From Candidatus Dadabacteria bacterium (GTDB taxonomy: Bacteria; Desulfobacterota_D; UBA1144; Nemesobacterales; CSP1-2): a DNA stretch of 64,000 nt. The stretch spans positions 96,001 through 160,000 of the forward strand of contig CAWDVW010000007.1 of NCBI GenBank assembly GCA_963805855.1. The letters are read 5' to 3'. The translations under genes were made by a program, and so were the position numbers. Within the stretch, counting starts at the first letter, position 1. Each line of letters opens with the position of its first letter. The notes below the pieces were generated by a model. It was not told where the DNA came from, searched no databases, and was given only the letters and a program-made list of their open reading frames with translations. Positions 55,328 to 64,000 of this stretch are shown here, piece by piece.

Positions 55328-55762
55328 ATGAATTTGATTCAGAAAGAAATTTACCTATCTCCTAAATCAAGAGGCTTTCACATCATAACGGGTGAAATAG
55401 CACGACAGCTTCCTGAAATTTCTCAATTTTCTGTAGGATTAGCACATATATTTATATGCCATACCTCGGCGTCACTCACAATAAATGAAAATGCTTCGCC
55501 GGATGTCAGAAAAGACTTTGAAAGGCATTTTAACGAAATGGTTCCTGAGAATGCGTCCTACTACAGGCACACTCTTGAAGGAGCAGATGATATGCCTGCG
55601 CATATTAAGTCTTCAATACTCGGTAGCAGCGTCACTGTGCCGATAACCAATGGGAGAATGAACGTAGGGACCTGGCAGGGAATTTATCTGTGTGAGCATC
55701 GAATCAACGGGGGATCAAGGAGGCTGATCGTTACCGTTTTTGGTGAGGTGTTTAACCAGTGA
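55328..55762 (+). CDS. yjbQ: YjbQ/UPF0047 family protein
   Basis: HTSASLTINENA, EGADDMPAHIKS, GTWQGIYLCEHR. Confidence 0.92.
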   Translation: MNLIQKEIYLSPKSRGFHIITGEIARQLPEISQFSVGLAHIFICHTSASLTINENASPDVRKDFERHFNEMVPENASYYRHTLEGADDMPAHIKSSILGSSVTVPITNGRMNVGTWQGIYLCEHRINGGSRRLIVTVFGEVFNQ

Positions 55763-56127
55763 ACGATGGATATGCAGGATATTTAAAGAGCTATGCGGAA
55801 CTCAGGCGCTCTGTCATCCTCCCGGCCCTGGAGAAGATAAGGGGCGAATTAGAACAAGATGGTTGGTATTGCTTCATAGCCGACTTAAACCCCTTTGATA
55901 AGATCGAAGGTATTACCCCGCGAATACCTGATAGATATGGCTTTACTTCACTGTCAATAATGGATATCGAGAACGGGATAGTCCAATATGTTTTTGTGTT
56001 TTTAGAAAACCACAGGGTAAGGCTTACGTCCGACGTATTTGAAGAAGATAAAGGTGTTTTCTTAGATTTAACCGAGGTCTCCCTTAATTCGGTCGAAGAG
56101 ACAGTAAAAATGATAATAAATCGTTAA
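55759..56127 (+). CDS. hypothetical protein
   Basis: GTGA overlap with yjbQ stop; plausible composition. Confidence 0.6.
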   Translation: MNDGYAGYLKSYAELRRSVILPALEKIRGELEQDGWYCFIADLNPFDKIEGITPRIPDRYGFTSLSIMDIENGIVQYVFVFLENHRVRLTSDVFEEDKGVFLDLTEVSLNSVEETVKMIINR

Positions 56128-56218
56128 TGGACTTCACTGAATCTTTTTTCGAAATGACCGAAAGTTTTTACTTTTCGACGGCACGAATAATCAAGATCTT
56201 GCACCTATCCAGATCAAA

Positions 56219-56301
56219 CTGAGCGTGTCGAAGTGTCTCCGCTGAGCCCGTCGAGGTATGAAAAATCATAAGCTATCTTATCCTTCGACGCGTCTGTACT
56301 G
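56219..56301. repeat. REP-like palindromes flanking the IS110 insertion
   Basis: CTGAGCGTGTCGAAG (56219), CTGAGCCCGTCGAGG (56242), CCTTCGAC (56282). Confidence 0.7.
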
Positions 56302-56381
56302 AGGAATTATGTTAAAAAGGGGTTAGGTACAGACGGTTCCCTTCTTATAATTAAAAGGAAAAAAATAAGGAGGGAACCGTA

Positions 56382-57446
56382 ATGAATAGACAAAGTATAG
56401 ATTACACAAATCAAGATTTTTTTCTAGGCATAGATGTGCATAAGAAGAGCTGGAAAGTAACGGTGAGGACTAACGGCATGGAGTTAAAGACTTTCTCCAT
56501 GGATCCATCACCGGAGCAACTGTACGGATATATGCACAAGCGTTATCCGGGAGGAAACTATCACAGTGTGTATGAAGCAGGATTCTGTGGGTACTGGATT
56601 GATCGGGAGTTAAAGAGGTACGGGTTTAACAATATAGTAATCAATCCGGCAGATGTGCCTAGTACCCAGAAGGAGAAATCGACAAAGACCGACAAGGTGG
56701 ATAGCCGTAAGCTGGCACGAGAGCTAGAGAATGGGTCATTGAGAGGGATATATGTACCGGATGAATTTCACCAACAATTGCGATCATTGTGCAGGCTGAG
56801 ATTTAAGGTGGTACAGTCGCAAACTCGGCTTAAGAATCGGATCAAGGGGTATTTAGCATTCTATGGTTATGTCATACCGCGCCATGATGAGATTGGTCAC
56901 TGGTCTGGGGGATTTATAAGGTGGTTAAAGACATTAGAGTTTTCATACGGGATGGGTAGGGATTATCTTAGGCTATGTCTCGAGGAGCTAGAAAGTCATC
57001 GAAGGCGTTTAGCAGAGGTAGTGAAGTTGGTGCGGAAGTATTATCGGGAATACGGGTTTGGGGAAGAGGTAAAGAATCTGCGTAGTGTGCCAGGGGTTGG
57101 TTTTGTAACAGCGATGACATTATATGGGGAACTGATGGATATGAGTCGGTTCAGGAGTATAGACGATCTTGCTAGTTATGCGGGGTTAGTGCCATCGGTA
57201 AGTAGTTCTGGGGAGAGGGAGAGCACTCTGGGGCTCAGCTTTCGGCGTAACCGGTATTTACGGTACTTACTGATAGAGGCAGCGTGGGTAGCGATACGAG
57301 AAGATCCGGCTTTGGGGCATGTGTTTAGTCAATTGATCAGGCGGATGACCAAGCAGAAAGCGATAGTTCGGATCGCCAAGAAGTTATTGAACAGGATAAG
57401 ATACGTGTGGAAGAATAAGGAGAGTTATGCTTATGGATTGATTTGA
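56382..57446 (+). CDS. IS110 family DEDD recombinase/transposase
   Basis: GIDVHK, YEAG, KTDKVD (DEDD), SVPGVG, YAGLVP...SSG catalytic Ser; intact 354 aa. Confidence 0.95.
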   Translation: MNRQSIDYTNQDFFLGIDVHKKSWKVTVRTNGMELKTFSMDPSPEQLYGYMHKRYPGGNYHSVYEAGFCGYWIDRELKRYGFNNIVINPADVPSTQKEKSTKTDKVDSRKLARELENGSLRGIYVPDEFHQQLRSLCRLRFKVVQSQTRLKNRIKGYLAFYGYVIPRHDEIGHWSGGFIRWLKTLEFSYGMGRDYLRLCLEELESHRRRLAEVVKLVRKYYREYGFGEEVKNLRSVPGVGFVTAMTLYGELMDMSRFRSIDDLASYAGLVPSVSSSGERESTLGLSFRRNRYLRYLLIEAAWVAIREDPALGHVFSQLIRRMTKQKAIVRIAKKLLNRIRYVWKNKESYAYGLI

Positions 57447-57469
57447 TAAGTAATAGGGACTGGATCTAT

Positions 57470-57620
57470 GAAATCTCAAACAATAAAGTGTGGACCGCTA
57501 TCGACTGGCTGCAAAGAAAATGTTTTACTGAGAGTGCGGCCACAGGTTTGAGTGGTTTAATGAATTTAATGCAGCACTGCAAAGAGGCAGCTGACTGTTT
57601 ATAACAGATTGATTCAAGAT
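57470..57620 (+). ncRNA. putative bridge/seek RNA of the IS110 element
   Basis: two stem-closed loops sharing a CTGCAAAGA..TGTTT-guide-AGA scaffold; guides match target halves and the left donor half; ends approximate. Confidence 0.75.
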
Positions 57621-57842
57621 AGGATTTATTTACACATGAGATACATTACATAAAAAAGCACGAAGGGATTCGTTTGTTCAAAGTTAAAGTTTTCCCTAAC
57701 ATAACCCTTGACTTTTTACATAACAGCCTGTCGAACTGCCTGTGATGAGTGAAATCAAACGCCTAGGACGCACGGTCTACGATAAAATCATGATATTTAA
57801 GTAGTGAAAATGCGTAAAAGACGTAAACGTCACGTATGCAGG

Positions 57843-58019
57843 TTATTCGTCCTCTATGTGGGCCTTTACCATTTCCAATAATTCAGGTGTCGGTTCCATA
57901 CCGTGGTCCTTTGCGTGGACTTTGGCCTGTTCCAGCACTTCTTCCTCGGTCTCTCCGCGGATAACGTGATTACATTCCGAACTCGGGTTTACCTTATTGC
58001 ATTGTATTATTTTGCCCAT
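57843..58019 (-). CDS. DUF1059 family small metal-binding protein
   Basis: C..C..IRGETEEEVL...HAKDHG; RBS GGAGG. Confidence 0.85.
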   Translation of the reverse strand: MGKIIQCNKVNPSSECNHVIRGETEEEVLEQAKVHAKDHGMEPTPELLEMVKAHIEDE

Positions 58020-58105
58020 TGTAAAAACCTCCAAAAGTTTTGTTTAGCTAACGGTACAATTCAGGCAACAATTGTAACACTAAATCCGAATATCTCAAAC
58101 AACCC

Positions 58106-59131
58106 TTATTTGTATGCAATTGCTGCACTGGCAGGTCCACCGAGCGGGAGTATCTCAGTTTTTTTGAACCCTGTTTCTTTACACCATTCTGCGAAGTCCG
58201 CGCCCGTAAAGTCAAAAGCATCGCCAAACTCTATTAACATGTTCAGCGACATCATGAGCCCGAAAACATTCTCACGCCTTGCGTCGTCAATGATATTCTC
58301 TATTGCGACGAGCGCACCCCCTTCGGGAAGAGCGTCATAAGCTGCTTTAATGAGTAACTTTTTGTTTTCGAGATTCCAGTCATGAAGTATCATGCCCATA
58401 GTAATTACATCGGCCTTCGGTAAGGGGACTTTGAAGAAATCGCCCGGTGCGGTTGAGATACGATCGGAAACCCCTGACTCCTCGATTGTCTTTTTAGCTA
58501 TCGGCTCGACACCTGGTAAATCCTAACTGACACATCTCATGTTCGGATGCACTTTTGCCACAAGAATTGATAATAGTCCCACTGCCCCACCAATGTCACA
58601 GAGTGTTTGGTATCGTGAGAAATCGAATTTCCCGCCAAACGACTCGAAGTTTCTTTTGGATAAGCCGGTCATTGCCTTCATGAACTCCTCGAGTTTATGT
58701 GGATCCTGGTACAGGACCTCAAAAATATTCTTTTCGTTATATTTGATTTCATTTTGAGGTTGCCCCGTCCTCAATGCTTCAGTCAGATCCCCCCAGTACC
58801 GATAGAGGCGAGTACCTGCCATCTCAAGGATCCCGCCTATGTAATCCGGGCTTTTTTTATCTAAAAACATTGAGGTTTGTGCGGTATTTAGATATTTCGC
58901 CTCATTGCCATTTCCTTCCCGTTCTAAGAACCCCATCGCGACCAGCCCATCAAGGAAGTCCCAAATCCCTCTGGGATGAAGACCTAGCAACTTCCCTATC
59001 TCTTTACCAGTCTTTGATCCCTTACCCAATACGGTAAACAGTTATAATTCTACTGCGCTAAGTAGGGTTCTGGCAGGCCAGAATCCCAAATCGACCTGTA
59101 GAATTTTCGAGTAATCTAATTTAGTCGACAT
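58106..59131 (-). pseudogene. disrupted SAM-dependent O-methyltransferase (Methyltransf_2 type)
   Basis: dimerisation domain, DIGGAVG, GDFF, ILHDW; in-frame TAA at ~59044 and frameshift at ~58523. Confidence 0.8.
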
Positions 59132-59154
59132 AGGTTTCTCCTTTTTTTTAAATT

Positions 59155-60654
59155 CTATTGTGTTTGTATCGTTAACGAACAAGCGGAAGAGTTAAGCTGA
59201 TCCTTGAGTATCAGACCAGTCTGATCTTTCAGTTCAATATCTAAAGAGTCGCTGTCAGCCTCTACTAATGCGTAGCCGAAGGCATTGCCTTGCAAGCACC
59301 TTGGCTGGGTCAGCGAAACTAATGCACTTAATAAGTTGGACGCAGTGTCCTCCGAACCTACTTCTTCTGCTAATCTCGCGAAGAACGTCTCTTGTGCTAT
59401 TGGTCCAGCGATAATCTCTTTTACTATTGGCATCAGTGAAGTAAGTGAGTTTAATCTGACGTCACCTATGAAATTTACATGTAAATCCCCGGTAAGAAAC
59501 ACCACATTTTTAATGTCGTTTTCAGAAATAAAACTTAGAATATCCTCCCGCTCAGCGGGATAGCCCTCCCAACGATCATAGGGAAGGGCAAAAAACTCGC
59601 TCATCGGTACCTCATTAATAATCAGCTTCCATAATGCATTTGATTCTAGAAGTGATTTTTTTAAGGCTTGTTTTTGAATGCTACCCAAGATAGTCCTGTT
59701 TGGCTCATTTATTGCCTCCGTACAGCCTGGGGGAATTTCTTGAGTTATGCCAAATAGATTTCGAATCTCGCTGGGCACCGTTGGAAGCAGATCAGCTTCG
59801 CATGGTTCGACGGCCTCGGCACTACGGCAAGAACGTTCGTCAATAATTATAAGATCTAAAGTTTTTCCCCAGTGAAATACTCGGAAAAGCGGGTTGCCTA
59901 AACAGTCAGGATCATCTGGAAAACTCGATTCCCTGATTGGCATATATTCCATGAATGCCTTCCGGCCATTCTCATATAATATCGGGTCTACTGTCTCGCT
60001 GTCGTAATCATTCTCAACTTCGTGGTCGTCCCAGATTGCGTAGGTGGACGTATCCATAAGGAGATTGCGAAGTGCTTGAAAATCCCGGTTTTGCTTATAC
60101 TTGTCACGCATCTGTTCCAAGCTTTCGGCTTTAGGCCCAAAAGTGTCATTGTAGATGGTGTCGCCCAGATAAACCCAAAAATCTAATTGATCCTCACGGG
60201 CTCTATCAAATACTTCAAAGTTATTAAAGGGGGGTGTCCTGGATCCATCGGAGTCGCTTGAGTAGGCAAATCGTACTACTGGTTCCTGTTCGTTGCCTGG
60301 TGCTGTATGGAATTTCCCGACCTCACTTACTTCCTCGCCAGCTTTGAACCGGTAGCAGTAGGCATTATTCGGCTCGAGATCATTAACCTCTAGCTTCACT
60401 GTAAAATCATTCTCAGCCAGACCATCCGCATGAGCAATCTTATCGATTCGTTCGAAGCTACAATCGGTTGTAATCTCAGCCACGACTTCGCCCTGTTGGT
60501 TGATGCGTGTCCATAATATGACTCCTTTTTCGGAGACTTCACCACTGGCAATTCCGTGAGTGAAGATAGCCTGGTTTTCAGATCCATTACTTGAACAGGA
60601 GATGGCAAGGGTAAGAAGAATTAGTCGAAAAAACCAAGGCAGGTTTTCTTTCAT
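59155..60654 (-). CDS. phoD: alkaline phosphatase D family lipoprotein
   Basis: lipobox-like AISC, HGIASG..ILWTR, LGDTIY, WDDHE, DRWEGY, TGDLH. Confidence 0.9.
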   Translation of the reverse strand: MKENLPWFFRLILLTLAISCSSNGSENQAIFTHGIASGEVSEKGVILWTRINQQGEVVAEITTDCSFERIDKIAHADGLAENDFTVKLEVNDLEPNNAYCYRFKAGEEVSEVGKFHTAPGNEQEPVVRFAYSSDSDGSRTPPFNNFEVFDRAREDQLDFWVYLGDTIYNDTFGPKAESLEQMRDKYKQNRDFQALRNLLMDTSTYAIWDDHEVENDYDSETVDPILYENGRKAFMEYMPIRESSFPDDPDCLGNPLFRVFHWGKTLDLIIIDERSCRSAEAVEPCEADLLPTVPSEIRNLFGITQEIPPGCTEAINEPNRTILGSIQKQALKKSLLESNALWKLIINEVPMSEFFALPYDRWEGYPAEREDILSFISENDIKNVVFLTGDLHVNFIGDVRLNSLTSLMPIVKEIIAGPIAQETFFARLAEEVGSEDTASNLLSALVSLTQPRCLQGNAFGYALVEADSDSLDIELKDQTGLILKDQLNSSACSLTIQTQ

Positions 60655-60789
60655 TTGTCTCTTTTTTTTCAGAGCGATATAGAACTAACGGATTATTCTT
60701 TCATTATTATAACACCTTGTCTATGTTGTTTCTCAAGAATCTTCAATAAGTTCGTTGATCAAACGTCTAAATTGACGCATCGCGAGATA

Positions 60790-61305
60790 AACCGGGCATC
60801 CGAAACTGATTTAATGAATCAGATAGTGAGTAAAGGCAAATCCGCTTTTGGTAGGCTATGCGATCCCGATTCTCTAGTAGTGTTTAATTTAGCTATGAGG
60901 ATTATTAAGCATAGAGGTGAGGCCAAGGAGCTGGCTCAAGAGGTATTTATTCAGATTTGGAAAAGCGCTTATACGTATGATTCGAAGCGCGGGGCGATAG
61001 CGACATTGATTATTAATCGTGCTCTTAATCTGGGTATCGATTAGTCGCGCAAAAAAAGATCTGGATAACTATGTCAGATATAGAGGACTAGCAGATAAGC
61101 TCTAATTGCGATTCTTTAGGTATATTAGACGAGAAGGAGCAGACAATGGTTATTGTAGAAGCTATGGAAGGGCTGCCTATAGAATAGAGCACGGCCATTG
61201 ACATGGTTTATTAATCGCGTTTGACCCATGCAGGAGTAGTAGCACCGCTGAACGAACCAATTGGGACTGTAAAGACGAGGATTAAATTAGGGATTGCTTA
61301 GGGAT
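60790..61305 (+). pseudogene. ECF sigma factor remnant (SigK-like)
   Basis: AQEVFIQIWKSA..YDSKRG (region 2) and PIGTVKTRIKLG (region 4) separated by several stops; ends approximate. Confidence 0.75.
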
Positions 61306-61339
61306 GAAATTCCTCACAAAGACGCAATGGGAGAAAGCC

Positions 61340-61408
61340 TGGATTCCCGGTTACAATCCGCAAATGACATCTAGCTTGTCATCCCCGAGGAATCTTGTCG
61401 GGGATCCA
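61340..61408. repeat. REP-like palindrome pair
   Basis: TGGATTCCCG..AATGACA and TGTCATCCCCG..CGGGGATCCA; same two halves as 40873-40948 in swapped arrangement. Confidence 0.75.
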
Positions 61409-61540
61409 GCCCTATGTCCAGGGATTATCTATTAACGCTATTCAAATGACGAGAATTAAGTAATGTGTTTATAAATGACAGAAAAAGCTTGTCATTATTA
61501 AACAACATGGATAAAGATCTATTTAGTATGAGTTAGATCC

Positions 61541-62062
61541 TTAACGAGTAAGCTTTTCAATGATTTTCTTATGCTGGGGAAATAGCTCAATTAGTTGCGC
61601 TCTACTAAGTAACTCAAAATCTTCGAAATCAAATCCTGGAGCCACTGTGGTTCCCACTAGAGAATAAGAATTTGAATCATCAACGTACGCTCCGAAAATC
61701 CAACCCGCTTTTACCGTTGCCTGTGGCACTTCACCAGTTTTCATATTTCTACCAAGCTTTATTTCGCAGTAATTTCCAGAATTATCAATGACATGAATCG
61801 TTAGGGACGAGCCATCGTAAAAGTGAAATAATTCGTCCTGCTTGATGCGGTGGAATGCCGAGAAATCATCGCCTTTCAATAAGAAGTATATTGCAGTGGA
61901 GAAGCTGCGGCTACCATTAAAGCGTTTAGGTAAGTGTTCCTTATCTATTGTTTCCTCGGACCGGTAGGTTTGTCTAAAGTATCCGCCCTCTGGATGCTTT
62001 TCGAGTCTTAGTAATTCAATCCACCTTTCAGCTTCATCCAATGAAGGGTTCTTTTCGATCAT
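61541..62062 (-). CDS. cupin superfamily protein (DUF985/Cupin_5)
   Basis: HPEGGYF, TAIYFLL, FHRI..DE, VAPGFDFEDF. Confidence 0.92.
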   Translation of the reverse strand: MIEKNPSLDEAERWIELLRLEKHPEGGYFRQTYRSEETIDKEHLPKRFNGSRSFSTAIYFLLKGDDFSAFHRIKQDELFHFYDGSSLTIHVIDNSGNYCEIKLGRNMKTGEVPQATVKAGWIFGAYVDDSNSYSLVGTTVAPGFDFEDFELLSRAQLIELFPQHKKIIEKLTR

Positions 62063-62205
62063 AATATCATGCTGCCCATTCTGATTATATGGTTTTTCAC
62101 CGATTGATCAAACGAAGTAAATACAATATCTCCTCCAAATATGTTTTAGTCTGGTGGATGAGGGTTGGTAAAGATGATGCAGGGTCGTCATTGCCTTCAT
62201 ACCCA

Positions 62206-63243
62206 CTAAACCGAAAGCTCTTTACTTTCATATTGGAGAAGATTCTGTTTTATATCCTTGACTATCTCTTGCTTTAGCTCTGGCGGATGCAAAACCATCA
62301 CATTTGATCCGAATCCCCTTATCCAGCCGATTAGGATAAGATTGATTTCATTTTCAAAGTTTAAAATTACGCTTCCATCTTTAAGCAATTCTTCCTTCTG
62401 GTTGGGATACCATTCTCTTTCTAATATGTAGTCTTTGATTTCCGGCGAGAATTTTAGCTTAATTTTATGTTTCTCACCCTCGAAATTAAACAGGCTGCTC
62501 CTAAAAAAATTATTTACATCGAAATCTGACGGGTATTCAAAGAATTCATCAAGGATATGAACATCCTTTATCCTGTGCAGCGCCATCGTGATGATTTTAT
62601 TCTCATTGTTTGTTATGTTTTTGCATAGGATATACATTGCATCCCTATAATTAAAGAAATGAAGGGGAATAATTTTATAACCTTTTTCGATGTCGCCTTT
62701 TCCATAGTAAAATTCACATGCCTGATTGTTGATGGCTGCTTCGATAATCTTTTCAATCGATTTCAGCTGATCCTTTTCGCTATAGACCTTTCCCCCAAGT
62801 TCGCGTGGCAGTATGAAAAGGCTTGAAATCCTTTTGAAGAAATCATTTCCCGTTCGCTTCTGAGCCTCTTCAGCCGAAATATCTATCTTGTTGAATACCT
62901 CACCCAGGTGCTGATGCATAAATGGTATATCTTTGAAATGCGCAAAGCCACGGATAAAGTAAAGGGATAGGACTTCGTAGGGGCTGAGCAGCAGGGGTCT
63001 GAATTTGGTCGCGTGCTTTTCTATTCTGTATCTGTATTTTTTGTCATCTCCCCTCTGTTTGATTACGTCGATGTCAAAGATATTGCCCTCCATCGCTTTT
63101 AAATCACGCCTCACGGTTTTTTCGCTTTTCATCACGGCCGCCGCAATCTCCTCGACGGTTGCACCCGTCCTGTGATTTGAAAGGCATTCGATGAGGTAAT
63201 AAAAACGGTCATATTTGCCTATGGGCTCAGGAATCTCTATCAA
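62206..63243 (-). CDS. WYL domain transcriptional regulator (wHTH-WYL-WCX)
   Basis: SEKTVRRDL HTH, P.H......MYI, ALHRI, WYPNQ..DGS, WIRGFG..V.VLHP.EL; TTG start with GAGGAG RBS. Confidence 0.9.
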   Translation of the reverse strand: MIEIPEPIGKYDRFYYLIECLSNHRTGATVEEIAAAVMKSEKTVRRDLKAMEGNIFDIDVIKQRGDDKKYRYRIEKHATKFRPLLLSPYEVLSLYFIRGFAHFKDIPFMHQHLGEVFNKIDISAEEAQKRTGNDFFKRISSLFILPRELGGKVYSEKDQLKSIEKIIEAAINNQACEFYYGKGDIEKGYKIIPLHFFNYRDAMYILCKNITNNENKIITMALHRIKDVHILDEFFEYPSDFDVNNFFRSSLFNFEGEKHKIKLKFSPEIKDYILEREWYPNQKEELLKDGSVILNFENEINLILIGWIRGFGSNVMVLHPPELKQEIVKDIKQNLLQYESKELSV

Positions 63244-63290
63244 TTAGGTCAACTCCTCATTCTTTTATGTTTTAGAAAATTATACTCAAT

Positions 63291-63311
63291 AATGGACAGA
63301 ATATGTCCATT
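63291..63311. promoter_or_regulatory. inverted repeat, probable operator of the WYL regulator
   Basis: AATGGACA-N5-TGTCCATT in the 116-bp divergent gap. Confidence 0.65.
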
Positions 63312-63359
63312 CAATAATTCAAAGTTATTTACAAATCTAATCAAGTTTGGAGGTGCGAT

Positions 63360-63971
63360 ATGTATGAAATATCAAGATTGATAAATCAGGTCATCGGCGA
63401 GGACCGAAGCCGAAAAAGGGCTGTGGTAAGGGGACTTGGGTTTGAGGATGATCTTATTGAGGGTTACAACCGCCTTGAAAATCTATTTCGGACAGGGAGG
63501 TGTAATGAGAAGATAAGGAAGAAATTGCCAAAAACATTAAACCTGATGCCGAAGCGTGTGAAAGAGGCCTTAGAAGAAACGGCAAGAGAGGTAGAAAAAC
63601 AGAAGGAAATTTCATTAAGGCGACGTGAGGAATATGCAAGAAGGACGTTTCGGCCATATTTGTGGATAAATCATATATTTTCAAAGCCGAAAGATAAGGC
63701 ACTGGTTGATCATATAGGTCTTGAACACTGGAAGATGATAGATCTCCCCAAGGACATAAACGAAGCGGGATTGAATGATCAGGTGGAGAGAATCCATAGA
63801 ATCATCATTGACCACCAGCGCGAGAGCGGTGGATATGATGATATGTTTGGGAGAATAACAGATTATATATTTTGCAGGAGCTATGATGAAAGTTATCTAT
63901 TCACTGTGAAGGGAGAACTCGTGTCTTCGGATAATGAGCATGGTAATAGGGTGCCGTTAGATTGGACGTGA
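63360..63971 (+). CDS. hypothetical protein divergent from the WYL gene
   Basis: RBS GGAGGT, 203 aa, helical N-terminus and coiled coil; no family named with confidence. Confidence 0.8.
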   Translation: MYEISRLINQVIGEDRSRKRAVVRGLGFEDDLIEGYNRLENLFRTGRCNEKIRKKLPKTLNLMPKRVKEALEETAREVEKQKEISLRRREEYARRTFRPYLWINHIFSKPKDKALVDHIGLEHWKMIDLPKDINEAGLNDQVERIHRIIIDHQRESGGYDDMFGRITDYIFCRSYDESYLFTVKGELVSSDNEHGNRVPLDWT

Positions 63972-64000
63972 TTATCGGTTTTAAATTGGGTTTCTAACCG

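Larger units (their letters stand above)
56302..57726 (+). mobile_element. IS110-family element of IS1111 type inserted in a REP palindrome
   Basis: core AG at both junctions (56302-56303, 57725-57726); sub-terminal IR TATGTTAAAAAG / CTTTTTACATA; removal restores CTGAGCCTGTCGAA; long 3' non-coding region. Confidence 0.9.

Noticed and set aside
23-63702. Many short antisense or overlapping ORFs in the six-frame track
   Set aside because: They shadow well-supported genes and show no motifs or RBS.

Overview
Bacterial chromosomal window, roughly 40% GC by eye; the gene set gives an unverified impression of a deltaproteobacteria-like lineage. The first ~27 kb is housekeeping: cobB, nuoABCD, lolA-ftsK, a detached nuoN, a TusA-CysM-Mec-MoeB sulfur-relay cluster, purQS, parAB, speD, trxA, a TetR-RND efflux operon, fumC and tag. 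A decaying accessory block follows (27.3-35 kb): a dead IS256 carrying a nested IS1595 with an 8-bp TSD, a frameshifted O-antigen-ligase/TPR/beta-propeller/hydrolase fusion and a frameshifted amidohydrolase. The rest is mixed metabolic and regulatory genes (Pat acetyltransferase, GH15, DCC1-LMF1 fusion, a partner-switching module, acyl-CoA ligase, PhoD, a WYL regulator) with several families of REP-like palindromes between them. The strongest finding is a complete IS110/IS1111-type recombinase element (56302-57726) inserted in a REP palindrome. Its 3' non-coding region contains readable guide segments matching both halves of the insertion site and the left half of the circle junction, i.e. a candidate bridge/seek RNA. 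Two candidate small RNAs and a WYL regulator with a palindromic operator facing an unknown gene also merit follow-up. All calls are from motif recognition by eye; no searches were run.
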